Assembly (NCBI GenBank): GCA_039818205.1
Contig: JBCBUK010000004.1
Coordinates: 8,302-72,301, forward strand
Source of the DNA: Verrucomicrobiota bacterium
Lineage (GTDB): Bacteria; Verrucomicrobiota; Verrucomicrobiia; Opitutales; Cerasicoccaceae
Direction: 5' to 3'
DNA length: 64,000 bases
Below the pieces are notes generated by a model. That model saw nothing but the letters and a program-made list of their open reading frames with translations, had not been told where the DNA came from and searched no databases. The position numbers and the translations under genes were made by a program. This document shows positions 1 to 13,280 of this stretch, piece by piece (position 1 is the stretch's first letter; each line of letters opens with the position of its first letter).

Positions 1-579
1 AGCGCTTTCGAATGAACGAGCCAGTTCGGTCTTGGAGTTGCGATCGGAGCGCAGGTTGCGGTATTCGACGGGAAGGCCAGGGTCGCTGTAAACGACGATG
101 CCTTGAGTGTTGATCAAAATGATTTGCTCAAACCCTAGCTTGTGCCGCAGGTCGTGCATGATTGGTCGGGCAAATTCACTGACTTCCCGATAGTTTTGAT
201 CCGTTTCGATAGCCGGAAGATCTTCAGCGCTCATCTCTCGCAGATAGTGCAAGCTGTAGACGATCCCAGGACTGTCCGAGACTAAGCCAACGATGTTTTC
301 TACTTCTTCAAGGTAGGAGCGGATTTCGTTGAGCTGCAGATCGGAGATTGATCCCAGATATTTTGCCTCGGTATCCAGCAGCGCATCGCGAGCGAGCAGG
401 TATTGGATCACGCTGACGATCAGCAGGGGAGCCATGGCAATACCGACGAAATAGAGCATGATCTGCCGAAACAGACGCCGTTTAGCACTTGGTGGGCGTT
501 TCCCATCCATTGGTGCTGATGTATTCCGACTCTTTGAGCGGTGGGTCAGGTAGTTCTGCTGTGAATCAGGTACGCTCAT
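1..579 (-). CDS. Partial membrane sensor protein, N-terminus only (TM helix plus probable Cache-type extracytoplasmic domain); probably a sensor kinase or related signalling protein
   Basis: Not in the ORF track because it runs off the window edge. Manual translation from ATG 579 (alternative ATG 510) gives ...KRRLFRQIMLYFVGIAMAPLLIVSVIQYLLARDALLDTEAKYLGSISDLQLNEIRSYLEE..., a TM1 followed by a long helix typical of Cache sensors. Starts 6 bp after the stop of the binding-protein gene. Confidence 0.6.
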   Translation of the reverse strand, partial: MSVPDSQQNYLTHRSKSRNTSAPMDGKRPPSAKRRLFRQIMLYFVGIAMAPLLIVSVIQYLLARDALLDTEAKYLGSISDLQLNEIRSYLEEVENIVGLVSDSPGIVYSLHYLREMSAEDLPAIETDQNYREVSEFARPIMHDLRHKLGFEQIILINTQGIVVYSDPGLPVEYRNLRSDRNSKTELARSFESA

Positions 580-585
580 GGTATC

Positions 586-1902
586 TTATTCGGCTGGAGC
601 GCTCCATTGCCCATTCCATCCTTGTTGGAGTAATTCTAAATATTCTTCCCACGCTTCCATCGGGCGGAAGATCGGGTAGGGGATTGGGCGAACCGGAGAT
701 TCACTTTCCCATTCAATTTCAAATTGCCCTTCGTCGGTCGGTTTGCCGCTATCCAGGATGCGGCCGACGCGGGCAGTTTTGTAAATATGGTGGCTTTCCG
801 GGTCGACGAATACCATGCCGCCCGGAGCTTTGAAACTACGGTTACTAATGGTTTCTCGAACGACGTCAGGCGCAGCATCCGCCGCGCTGAGGAAGTCCTT
901 ATCGCGCCCGGCCTTTTTAATCGCCTCGGCCCACAAGTAAACTGCGCTGTAGGCAGATTCCATCGGATCGGAGATCACGCTCTCGTTGCCATACTCCTGT
1001 TTGAACCGTTTGACGAATTCGCGGTTTTCTTTGGTTGGAATCGATTGAAAATAGTTCCATGCCGCGTAGTCGCCCGCGAGCATCCGACTGCCAATTTTAT
1101 GAAGTAGGTTCTCGTCGAGGCTGAATGAGAGCGTCGGGATGTCTTGAGGGAAAATCTCAGCCGTACGCAGCGCCTGGAAAAAGGCTTCATTACTATTGCC
1201 GTTGATCGTATTGAGGATGAAGTCCGGTTGAGTATCTTTAATCTCCTCGACGATGTCATCCGCGTCTTTTGAGCCAAGCGGCAAATAGCGTTCGCCAACG
1301 ACTTCTCCGCCCAGCGCCCGGACCTGATCTTTGATGATTTCGTTTGCAGTTCGCGGGAAGACGTAGTCCGAGCCGACCAGGAAAAACCTTTTAGCCCCGA
1401 GGTCATGCATTGCCCAGTATACGGCTGGGATGATCTGCTGGTTTGGCGATGCTCCGGTGTAGACAACGTAGGGTGAGGTTTCAGCTCCTTCGTATTGAAC
1501 CGGATAAAACAGGAGCCCGTCGAATCGTTCCAAAACCGGGATCATGGCCTTGCGGCTAGCGGAGGTCCACCCACCAAAGATCGCGCTCACGTCGTCGTCC
1601 CGCAAGAGCTCCTCGGTTTCGTTGGCAAAGACTTGCTCTTTCGATTGGCCATCCTTGATTACCGGAACAATCTCGATCCCTGGGAGATAGTCGCTCTCGT
1701 TGATCTCCTTTATAGCCAACAAAGTGGCATCGATCACGGAGCGTTCCGATGGAGCCAGCGAACCCGTTTCAGAGTGCAAGACGCCGACCTTGACGATTTC
1801 GTCTTTGGGTTGACGCTTCCCGCACCCGGGTAAAATGAATAACCCGGCGAAAAGCAGGCTAATCCAAAGCAAGCGATTCATCGGGCATGGATCATTCCTC
1901 AT
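586..1902 (-). CDS. UrtA/AmiC-family urea/short-chain amide substrate-binding lipoprotein
   Basis: Lipobox ILPGC; motifs KVGVLHSETG, FGGWTSASRKAM, LLFYPVQYEG, VGSDYVFPRTAN, AAWNYFQS. Alternative start at 1881. Confidence 0.85.
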   Translation of the reverse strand: MRNDPCPMNRLLWISLLFAGLFILPGCGKRQPKDEIVKVGVLHSETGSLAPSERSVIDATLLAIKEINESDYLPGIEIVPVIKDGQSKEQVFANETEELLRDDDVSAIFGGWTSASRKAMIPVLERFDGLLFYPVQYEGAETSPYVVYTGASPNQQIIPAVYWAMHDLGAKRFFLVGSDYVFPRTANEIIKDQVRALGGEVVGERYLPLGSKDADDIVEEIKDTQPDFILNTINGNSNEAFFQALRTAEIFPQDIPTLSFSLDENLLHKIGSRMLAGDYAAWNYFQSIPTKENREFVKRFKQEYGNESVISDPMESAYSAVYLWAEAIKKAGRDKDFLSAADAAPDVVRETISNRSFKAPGGMVFVDPESHHIYKTARVGRILDSGKPTDEGQFEIEWESESPVRPIPYPIFRPMEAWEEYLELLQQGWNGQWSAPAE

Positions 1903-1965
1903 AGATTGACGGTCAGCAACTTAAAAGGCGCGGTAGGGTCAACTTCAATCGTCCTGAGCCGGAGA

Positions 1966-3087
1966 TTATTTAGTATCAGCTTCGGTGGGCTGTTTTTGAG
2001 GCAGGGTGACTGTAAAGGTGGTTCCCACACCCGTTTCGGTTTCAAATGTGACAGAACCATTATGGGCTTCGATGATTGATTTGGCGATCGCGGAGCCGAG
2101 TCCCGTTCCTCGACTCTTGCCGAAGGTAACGAAGGGAGTCCAAAAATTGTCACGAATCTGCTCGGGAATACCTTGGCCGTTGTCCGCAATAGTGATCACG
2201 ACAGTGTCTCCTTCGGTTCGAGTTTTCACCACAATCTCGCCTTCAGGTTGCTCGCTCAGCGCGTCGATCGCGTTTCCTACGAGGTTCTGAAGCACGCGGA
2301 TCAGCTTGTTTTGCTCGGCCTCAATAACAGTCTCGTCAGTCTCAATCTGGATGGTCAGGTGGTCCCGGTCGAAAAACGGTTCGTTCAGCTCCTTGAATTC
2401 GTCGAAAAGCTGATTCAGCTTCACCTTGCCAATAATCAGTTTCTGTTCGCCACGGGAGAATTCCGACAATTCGCTGGCCATTTCGACCATGCGCTCGACC
2501 TGCGCTTCGATATTGTTACAGATCTTGATTGTTTTCGGGTCGTCTTTGTGGCGACTTTGGATAAGCTGAGCACCTAAACCGATGAGGGTGAAGGGGTTTT
2601 TGAAATCATGGATGATGCTATTAACCATGGTTCCAACCAGACTCATCTTTTCCTGCTGGAGCATGTCGTCCAAGTAATGACGCGTGGTCTGGTGCAGGTG
2701 ATTTACGATACTTCCAAGGATCTGTTCGATTGGCCCCGGGGTTCGTTTGATGAAGGTTAGGAGGTCTTCGCGATAAATTTTTGCAATCTGCACAGTTCCC
2801 TGGGCGATGGCGCTCAATGAGCGGGGAGCCCCAGTAAAAATTCCAATCTCTCCGAAAAAATTGCCTGGCTTGGTCGTCGAGATGATGCGCCGGCTATTAT
2901 CCGGGGTCTCGGCAGCAAACGCAACAATGCCACTGAGAACGAGGCAGAGGCTATCTGACGGGCTTCCCTCAAGAAAGATGATTTCGCCGTCTTCAAAGTG
3001 GGCAACATCGGCATTGCCAACGAGTTCGGCAACGCTGTCTTGGTCTGAATTATTGAAAAACGGGTGTTCGTTGAGCTCCATGCGCAT
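1966..3087 (-). CDS. Cytoplasmic sensor histidine kinase with N-terminal cyclic-nucleotide-binding domain
   Basis: cNMP motif GNFFGEIG...PRSLSA; H-box IIHDFKNP; N-box NLVGNA; G1 DNGQGI; G2 GTGLG; no TM segment. Confidence 0.9.
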   Translation of the reverse strand: MRMELNEHPFFNNSDQDSVAELVGNADVAHFEDGEIIFLEGSPSDSLCLVLSGIVAFAAETPDNSRRIISTTKPGNFFGEIGIFTGAPRSLSAIAQGTVQIAKIYREDLLTFIKRTPGPIEQILGSIVNHLHQTTRHYLDDMLQQEKMSLVGTMVNSIIHDFKNPFTLIGLGAQLIQSRHKDDPKTIKICNNIEAQVERMVEMASELSEFSRGEQKLIIGKVKLNQLFDEFKELNEPFFDRDHLTIQIETDETVIEAEQNKLIRVLQNLVGNAIDALSEQPEGEIVVKTRTEGDTVVITIADNGQGIPEQIRDNFWTPFVTFGKSRGTGLGSAIAKSIIEAHNGSVTFETETGVGTTFTVTLPQKQPTEADTK

Positions 3088-3415
3088 AGTAAAATTTGGG
3101 GCACGAAAAATCACACGACGGAATGCGTCGCATCGTCATAATGTAAACGCTCCTCCCGCCAGGTCTAGCCCAAAGTTTTGCTAGTCCCGTTAGGTTAAGC
3201 ACTTCCGCTCAAACTGGGTTACGATCTGACCGGGCTAGATTTTTACACTTGATTGAAACGCTCGTTTGGATATGTCCATAAGGTTTCTGGATGTTTGTAC
3301 TCATGGTTCTTTGAACCGAGTACGGTTAACAATTAGGCAAAAAACCAGAAATTAGCTTGGCGCGCGGTTTGATTAGCAGATGCGCAGCCGGCAATTAACC
3401 CAACAATAACGAAGT

Positions 3416-4528
3416 ATGCCTTCATTCGAACAAAGCGATTCGCAGCCAAAGGCGCGAAAGGACGATCAATTCCGTCCGGGTGACTCCGTAAATGAGGAAA
3501 CGGAAAGCACCGAAAACACTGAAAATACCGCCGAGAACCTTGGACAGGATCCCCTGTCTTGGGGTGATCTGGCGAAGGAACCGGAAACTCCGGTTGAGGA
3601 AGAAACTCCGGCCGAGGAGCCTCGCGAAACCACAGAATCGGCCGAACCAAACGCACAATCCGAAGCAGAAAATTCCGATAATAACTCGGATGACACCGCT
3701 GAGGAGAAACCTAAACCACAACGCATTGATGACAGCGAGATGCCTGACCCCGGTCCGGCATTGCTGCAAAAACGCGCGACTTCGCCAGTGACATCTGGTG
3801 AATCCCGTAAGCGCAACCGTCCCGCTGTCAGCAATAAACAAAATCAAGAAAATGGTCATCCCGGATTGGTTGAGACCTCTAACGCCTTCGAGGAGAAGCT
3901 GAGCGGTCGCTATGCGGACGGAAAGCCTGAACGCAAACCGAGGCCAGCGAAGGAAAAACCAGTCAGAGAGAAGACAGAAGAGGTAGCCAAGAAACCAGCG
4001 GAGAAGCCGGAAGCGGCTCCTGTTGGCGAAGATGGTGAACCCATTAAGCCAAAGCGCAAACGGCGCCGTAACCGCAAGCGTAAGCCAGCGGGTGATCGAG
4101 CCGAAGCCGCGACAGCCAGTGGACCTGATAAGCGAGAGGGAGCCCGCAAGGAGCGTCCTGATCGTGCGAACCAGCCAAAACGCCAAGGTGGTCGTGGAAA
4201 CAAGGCTCCGGAAAAGAAGGAGCCCGAACCCACGGGTCTGATTGGTGCCGTGAAGAAATTCTTTGGTTCACTGTTCGGAGCGGGAACGCCTGAGCCTCAA
4301 CCCCAGGAGAAGCCCAAGGCGGATAGCCGTGGCGGCAATCGTCCGAAGGGTAAGGGTGGCCAACAAGGCCAGGGGCGCGGAAGGCGTCCAGGTCAGGAGC
4401 AGTCCCAGACCGGCGATCGCCCAAAGCGACGTCGCGGAAAGCGCGGCGGAAAAAATCGCCGTGGCGGGCAGCGCAACAATCAGGGCGGTCAACGTTCTGG
4501 TGATCAAAAAGAACAGGCATCCAACTAG
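3416..4528 (+). CDS. Low-complexity, probably disordered protein with acidic N-terminus, Arg/Lys-rich patches and an amphipathic helix
   Basis: 370-aa ORF followed by an intrinsic terminator; KPKRKRRRNRKRK, GLIGAVKKFFGSLFG, RPKRRRGKRGGKNRRGG. Confidence 0.75.
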   Translation: MPSFEQSDSQPKARKDDQFRPGDSVNEETESTENTENTAENLGQDPLSWGDLAKEPETPVEEETPAEEPRETTESAEPNAQSEAENSDNNSDDTAEEKPKPQRIDDSEMPDPGPALLQKRATSPVTSGESRKRNRPAVSNKQNQENGHPGLVETSNAFEEKLSGRYADGKPERKPRPAKEKPVREKTEEVAKKPAEKPEAAPVGEDGEPIKPKRKRRRNRKRKPAGDRAEAATASGPDKREGARKERPDRANQPKRQGGRGNKAPEKKEPEPTGLIGAVKKFFGSLFGAGTPEPQPQEKPKADSRGGNRPKGKGGQQGQGRGRRPGQEQSQTGDRPKRRRGKRGGKNRRGGQRNNQGGQRSGDQKEQASN

Positions 4529-4557
4529 GGCTTGTTCTGATTATCACACACCTTTTC

Positions 4558-4589
4558 AGCGTCGTTTCTTCGGAAACGGCGCTTTTTTT
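4558..4589 (+). terminator. Rho-independent terminator
   Basis: AGCGTCGTTTC-TTCG-GAAACGGCGCT hairpin followed by a T run. Confidence 0.85.
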
Positions 4590-4684
4590 GTTCATTTGCA
4601 CAAAGGCATTGAATCCGAGCGAGGGATTACATTGGCTAGGTAGGACGCTTGGCGCGATGAGCGCGTCACCCGCAGGAACAAATT

Positions 4685-5986
4685 ATGGATGTTTTTCGAA
4701 TTACCGGAGGTCGGCCGTTAAGAGGTGAAGTAACCGTTAGTGGCGCAAAAAATGCCTGTTTACCGATCTTTGCCGCAACGTTGCTAACGGGTGAAACCTG
4801 CGTGATCGAAAACGTTCCGGATCTGTCGGATCTCCGTTTTATGGCGGAGATAATCGAGAAGCTGGGAGCCGAGGTTGAGCGTCCAACGCCGAACACCTGG
4901 CGCATCACAGCCGCGAAAATCACTCATCGCGCACCCTACGATCTCGTCCGAAAAATGCGGGCGAGCGTCTGCCTGCTCGGTCCCATGGTCGCACGATTAA
5001 AGAAGGCTGAGGTCTCCTTGCCCGGTGGCTGTGTGATTGGGCCGCGCCCAATTGATCTGCACCTGAAAGGCTTGGCCAAACTCAATTGTGACGTCGATGT
5101 TCGCTCTGGTTATGTCTTTGTTGATGCGGCGCGTGCACGCGGTGGTCACGTTTTTCTTGGCGGACGCCATGGCAGCACGGTTACCGGAACGGCAAATATT
5201 TTGATGGCGGCGGTGTTGACGCCGGGTGTTACGCGCATCGAATCGGCCGCCTGCGAACCTGAAGTCATCGACCTTTGTCGGATGTTGATCTCGATGGGCG
5301 CGAAGATTGATGGTGTCGGTAGTCACTGTCTCACGATAGAAGGAGTCGACCGTCTCACCGGCACCTCATACCGGGTGATTGACGATCGCATTGAAGCGGG
5401 GACCTATTTGATTGCCGGGGCGATGTTGGATGCGGACATCACCGTAAACGGTGCGCACGCGGAAGACCTCTCTGCCTTGTTGGACAAGTTGGAAGAGGCA
5501 GGGGCAGATTTCGATATCGAGCTAGGTGACCGCATCCGCATGAAAGGCGTGCCGGGAACGCTCAAGCCCGTTGATGTAATTACCCTGCCGCATCCAGGAT
5601 TTCCAACGGACATACAGGCTCAGATGTGTGCCTTGATGAGCACGACGCCAGGTCTCTCGATCATTACCGAGCGGGTTTATCCGAACCGCTTTATGCATGT
5701 GCCCGAGTTGCAGCGAATGGGAGCCGATATCGCGATCGAAGGTTCTAGTGCCATTGTGAAGGGCCGCCGAAATCCTTTGTCCGGTGCTCCGGTCATGGCG
5801 AGTGACTTGCGTGCCAGTGCTGCGTTGATCCTCGCCGGATTAGCGGCTCATGGGGAGACTTGGGTGCAGCGTATTTACCACTTGGACCGTGGCTACGAGC
5901 GCTTCGATGAGAAGCTGCGAGGAATGGGGGCCGAGGTTCAGCGGTTGAAGCAGGAGTTCATGCCGAAAGACTTGGCCTCGGAGTAG
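4685..5986 (+). CDS. murA: UDP-N-acetylglucosamine 1-carboxyvinyltransferase
   Basis: SGAKNA, RKMRAS, LPGGCVIGPRPIDLH (active-site Cys), PGFPTD, DLRASA, YHLDRGY. Confidence 0.97.
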   Translation: MDVFRITGGRPLRGEVTVSGAKNACLPIFAATLLTGETCVIENVPDLSDLRFMAEIIEKLGAEVERPTPNTWRITAAKITHRAPYDLVRKMRASVCLLGPMVARLKKAEVSLPGGCVIGPRPIDLHLKGLAKLNCDVDVRSGYVFVDAARARGGHVFLGGRHGSTVTGTANILMAAVLTPGVTRIESAACEPEVIDLCRMLISMGAKIDGVGSHCLTIEGVDRLTGTSYRVIDDRIEAGTYLIAGAMLDADITVNGAHAEDLSALLDKLEEAGADFDIELGDRIRMKGVPGTLKPVDVITLPHPGFPTDIQAQMCALMSTTPGLSIITERVYPNRFMHVPELQRMGADIAIEGSSAIVKGRRNPLSGAPVMASDLRASAALILAGLAAHGETWVQRIYHLDRGYERFDEKLRGMGAEVQRLKQEFMPKDLASE

Positions 5987-6007
5987 GTATTAACCGTGGC
6001 AATCGAT

Positions 6008-7048
6008 ATGTCTGACGAGCCTAAAGGAACTGACTATTTATCTCAGGTGTTGGAGGCACCGGAATCGGCGCAGGAGAAAGCCCTGCGCCCATTGAGCTTC
6101 GCGGACTTTTCAGGGCAGGGGAAAACCAAAGAACGCCTCGAAGTCATGGTCGGAGCAGCGAGCACGCGAGGCGAGGCGTTGAATCACATTTTGCTGCACG
6201 GGCCGCCGGGATTGGGCAAGACGACCCTGGCGCATATTTTGGCGCATGAAATGGGAGCCAACTTGCGCCTCACGAGTGGGCCAGTCATTGACAAAGCGGG
6301 AGACCTCGCTGGTTTGCTCACTGGCCTGCAGGAAGGCGACTTGCTTTTTATCGACGAGATTCACCGCATCCCTAAGAGCGTTGAGGAGTATCTCTATTCA
6401 GCGATGGAAGATTACCGAATCGATATCATGATCGATCAGGGGCCCAATGCGCGCAGCGTGCGCCTGTCTATACCGAAGTTCACGCTGGTCGGCGCGACGA
6501 CGCGCACCGGATTGTTGACGGCACCCTTGCGGAGTCGATTTACCTTACAGACTCGACTCGATTACTATGATCGCGAGACCTTGCAAAAGATTGTCACGCG
6601 CAGTTGCCGGCTCTTGGATGTCGGGCTAACGGTGGATGGTGCGAAGGAGATCGCGGGCCGTGCCCGTGGAACACCGCGGATCGCAAACAACTTGATCAAT
6701 TTTGCGCGAGACTACGCCCAGCAACGGGCGGATGGTGAGATCACTGGAAAAGTTGCTGCGGCTGCCTTGGAGTTATTGGAGATCGATCGAAATGGTCTCG
6801 ACGAGATGGATAAGCGTATCTTGCGCTTGATGGCAGAAAACTACCGCGGTGGTCCTGTTGGTTTGGGAACCGTGGCGGTCGCCGTAGGCGAAGAAGAGCA
6901 CACGCTTGAGGAGGTGCATGAACCCTACTTGATCCAAGAAGGATACCTCGCGCGCACGCAGCAGGGACGGGTGTTGACCGCCAAGGCATGGAGCACCATC
7001 GGGATTAAGCCTGAGGAGTCTAAAGGCAGCGAAAGCTTCTGCGAGTAG
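6008..7048 (+). CDS. ruvB: Holliday junction branch migration helicase
   Basis: LRP, GPPGLGKTTLA, FIDEIHR, GATTR, RGTPRIAN, EPYLIQEG. Possible GTG start at 5996. Confidence 0.97.
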   Translation: MSDEPKGTDYLSQVLEAPESAQEKALRPLSFADFSGQGKTKERLEVMVGAASTRGEALNHILLHGPPGLGKTTLAHILAHEMGANLRLTSGPVIDKAGDLAGLLTGLQEGDLLFIDEIHRIPKSVEEYLYSAMEDYRIDIMIDQGPNARSVRLSIPKFTLVGATTRTGLLTAPLRSRFTLQTRLDYYDRETLQKIVTRSCRLLDVGLTVDGAKEIAGRARGTPRIANNLINFARDYAQQRADGEITGKVAAAALELLEIDRNGLDEMDKRILRLMAENYRGGPVGLGTVAVAVGEEEHTLEEVHEPYLIQEGYLARTQQGRVLTAKAWSTIGIKPEESKGSESFCE

Positions 7049-7100
7049 CCGTGGGAGGCGCCAGGGCTGATTGGCGCATTTCCGTTTGCAAATGCAACCT

Positions 7101-8039
7101 TTACGGTTGCTTGTAAGGGAACTCCGGTAGGTTGTTAATTTTCCGCCAGTTGTGCGCAATATCCATGCGGCGGGCGAACCAGACCTCGCCTTTGGCGTGG
7201 GCATGCTCCAGAAATTTGATCAGGCCAGGGATGCGGCTGGGTCGACCAATGAACCGGTCGTGCACTCCAACGGAAAGCATCTTGGGTGCTGTTTCGCCTT
7301 CTTCCCACAAGGTATCGAATGCATCGATGCAGACCTTTGCGTAGTCTTCGGAGGTCAGGAATTTACCCACTGGCCCAGCCTGGAAGCGCATATCATTGGT
7401 GTCGAACGAATACGGGACAACGACGTGAGGCTGGCCGTCGACTTGCTGAATTCGGGGCAGATCATCATCATAGGCGTCGTTATCGTAGAGGTAGCCGGAT
7501 TCGACGAGAAGCTTTCGAGTTATGTTGGATGGAGGACCTTTAGTATGCCAACCAATCGGGCGATAGCCGCAGGCCGCTTCGATGGTATCGGTGGTCTTTT
7601 GGATGATCTCTCGCTCGTGCGCTTCATCCATGTCGGCGTGACCTTCCCATCGATAGCCATGGGCAGATATTTCGTGGCCGCGAGCAATGAGGTCTTGCGC
7701 AATCCACGGTGCCTTCTCGATGGCTCGAGCTGCGCAGCAGGCTGAGCACTTCACGCCATATTTGTCCAGTGCTCGGATGATGCGCCAATATCCAGCGCGC
7801 GGCCCATAGTCAAAATGAGAGGCTGTGCAATGGGCAGGAATGTTCTGCGTTGGGTCCAAGATCTCTTGGACTGCTTCGTTGGCTTCATCGCCATCGGCAA
7901 GGGAGAGTTCGGCACCCGCTTCAATGGCGAGAACCAACGAAACGGCGATACGGGCACCGTTTGGCCATTGTGGATTGGGCGGATTTTCTCCGTAGCCTTT
8001 ATAATCTCGGGGATAGTAGCTTGATGGTGGAACGCTCAT
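7101..8039 (-). CDS. Polysaccharide deacetylase-fold protein, allantoinase PuuE-like
   Basis: PRDYKGYG..PP.PQWPNGARIAVS, YGPRAGYWR, HEISAHGYRW, YDDDLP, PYSFDTNDMRF, KMLSVGVH.R.IGRP. Confidence 0.8.
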   Translation of the reverse strand: MSVPPSSYYPRDYKGYGENPPNPQWPNGARIAVSLVLAIEAGAELSLADGDEANEAVQEILDPTQNIPAHCTASHFDYGPRAGYWRIIRALDKYGVKCSACCAARAIEKAPWIAQDLIARGHEISAHGYRWEGHADMDEAHEREIIQKTTDTIEAACGYRPIGWHTKGPPSNITRKLLVESGYLYDNDAYDDDLPRIQQVDGQPHVVVPYSFDTNDMRFQAGPVGKFLTSEDYAKVCIDAFDTLWEEGETAPKMLSVGVHDRFIGRPSRIPGLIKFLEHAHAKGEVWFARRMDIAHNWRKINNLPEFPYKQP

Positions 8040-8091
8040 GCAAATACGGTGACATGGCGTCGCTACTTCGGCAAGTGCGATTGCATCGCAC

Positions 8092-8433
8092 CTAGTATCC
8101 CTCGACTTGGCTCAACATCATACCGAAGGCAACCAGCGCGACCGTACCCAGAATAAATAGGCCAGAAAACACTGTCCCTAGGATTGGGAAGAGCTTCTTC
8201 CGTTCTTGCTGGAACAGACCAACAATTCCGAGCACGAATGCGATGATCTGGGCGAGTACCAGGCCAATGATTGCGAAACCAATGACGATTGCGATTGGTG
8301 ATTCCTCATCAACTCCACCGGGTGTGGTGGTTTCAATCGCTCCGGCAGCAATGAAGGTGGCGAAGATCAGAACCGCCCCCAAGATGCTTGTGATGAATGA
8401 CGCAATTCCTGGTCCTGAATGTTTTAGTTCCAT
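8092..8433 (-). CDS. Small membrane protein with three TM helices (DUF4190-like)
   Basis: KHSGPGIASF..S and GIVGLFQ.ERKK.FPILG pattern; three hydrophobic segments. Confidence 0.65.
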   Translation of the reverse strand: MELKHSGPGIASFITSILGAVLIFATFIAAGAIETTTPGGVDEESPIAIVIGFAIIGLVLAQIIAFVLGIVGLFQQERKKLFPILGTVFSGLFILGTVALVAFGMMLSQVEGY

Positions 8434-8512
8434 AGTAGCAATCCTGGGTTGAAGATGGCAGATGACGGAGTCCGTAGCAAGGACTGAAACTATGGAAACT
8501 AAATAGCAAGTC

Positions 8513-12466
<3,954 letters not shown>

Positions 12467-12475
12467 TACAGTAAC

Positions 12476-12495
12476 ATATCATGTTATGCGGATAT
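12476..12495. promoter_or_regulatory. Candidate SahR-like operator palindrome upstream of metH
   Basis: ATATC-ATGTTATGCG-GATAT (20 bp), about 10 bp upstream of the metH ATG. Confidence 0.45.
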
Positions 12496-12620
12496 TTTGA
12501 TGGGATTCAAGCGGGAATTTTCGTTTCTGGCGAATTGTTTGAGCATTGGTAGGAGAATTTAAGGCAAGGGCTGGCTTTTCACTTGTGGCAATTCCATTTT
12601 CGCTCTCCAGTTTATTCAGA

Positions 12621-13280
12621 ATGTCGGTGGAGTCCATAAAAGCATATTTTCCTGAAGTTGATGACGCAAGCTGGGCTCAGCTTGAAGAGTGGGCGCGCCT
12701 GATGCGGGATTGGAATGAGAAAATTAACCTGGTTTCACGCAAAGACATCGAGCGACTCGAAGAGAAGCATCTAGCTCACTGTCTGGTGGTTACGCGCGTG
12801 CTGAAGCTTATGAACGGCGCTCGCATTATCGACGTTGGCACGGGTGGTGGGCTGCCTGGGTTGCCCATGGCCATCTGTTACCCGCAGGCCCACTTTACGA
12901 TGGTCGATTCCGTTGGAAAGAAGATCAAGGTGGTCGATGACATCGCCAAACAACTAGAGCTGGAGAACGTAGAAGCTCGACATTGCCGCGTCGAAGCCAT
13001 TGACCGCGAGTTCGATTTCATCACCGGGCGCGCCGTTAAAGAACTGCCGGTTTTCGTGAATTGGATCCGAAAACTGGGCCGGCGAGGCCAGAAGCATTCT
13101 CTGGAGAACGGATTGCTCTATTGGAAAGGTGGCGAATACGCCGAGGAAATAGAAAAACTGAAGATCGGCCCAAAGCAGGTTTGGCCGATCAATGAGTTTC
13201 TTCCGGGCGAAGAGTTTGCCGGTAAATATCTCCTGCATTTCCGGGCCAAAGACCTCCCGCGTGCCAAGAAGTTGTCATGA
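12621..13280 (+). CDS. rsmG: 16S rRNA m7G527 methyltransferase
   Basis: [41 protein letters not shown]. Confidence 0.93.
   Translation: MSVESIKAYFPEVDDASWAQLEEWARLMRDWNEKINLVSRKDIERLEEKHLAHCLVVTRVLKLMNGARIIDVGTGGGLPGLPMAICYPQAHFTMVDSVGKKIKVVDDIAKQLELENVEARHCRVEAIDREFDFITGRAVKELPVFVNWIRKLGRRGQKHSLENGLLYWKGGEYAEEIEKLKIGPKQVWPINEFLPGEEFAGKYLLHFRAKDLPRAKKLS

Noticed and set aside
12468..12496. dif-like site (minus strand TATCCGCATAA-CATGA-TATGTTAC)
   Set aside because: The TATGTTA core is 2 bp too close to the XerC-like arm for the 11-6-11 layout and the XerD arm diverges; an operator for metH fits better.
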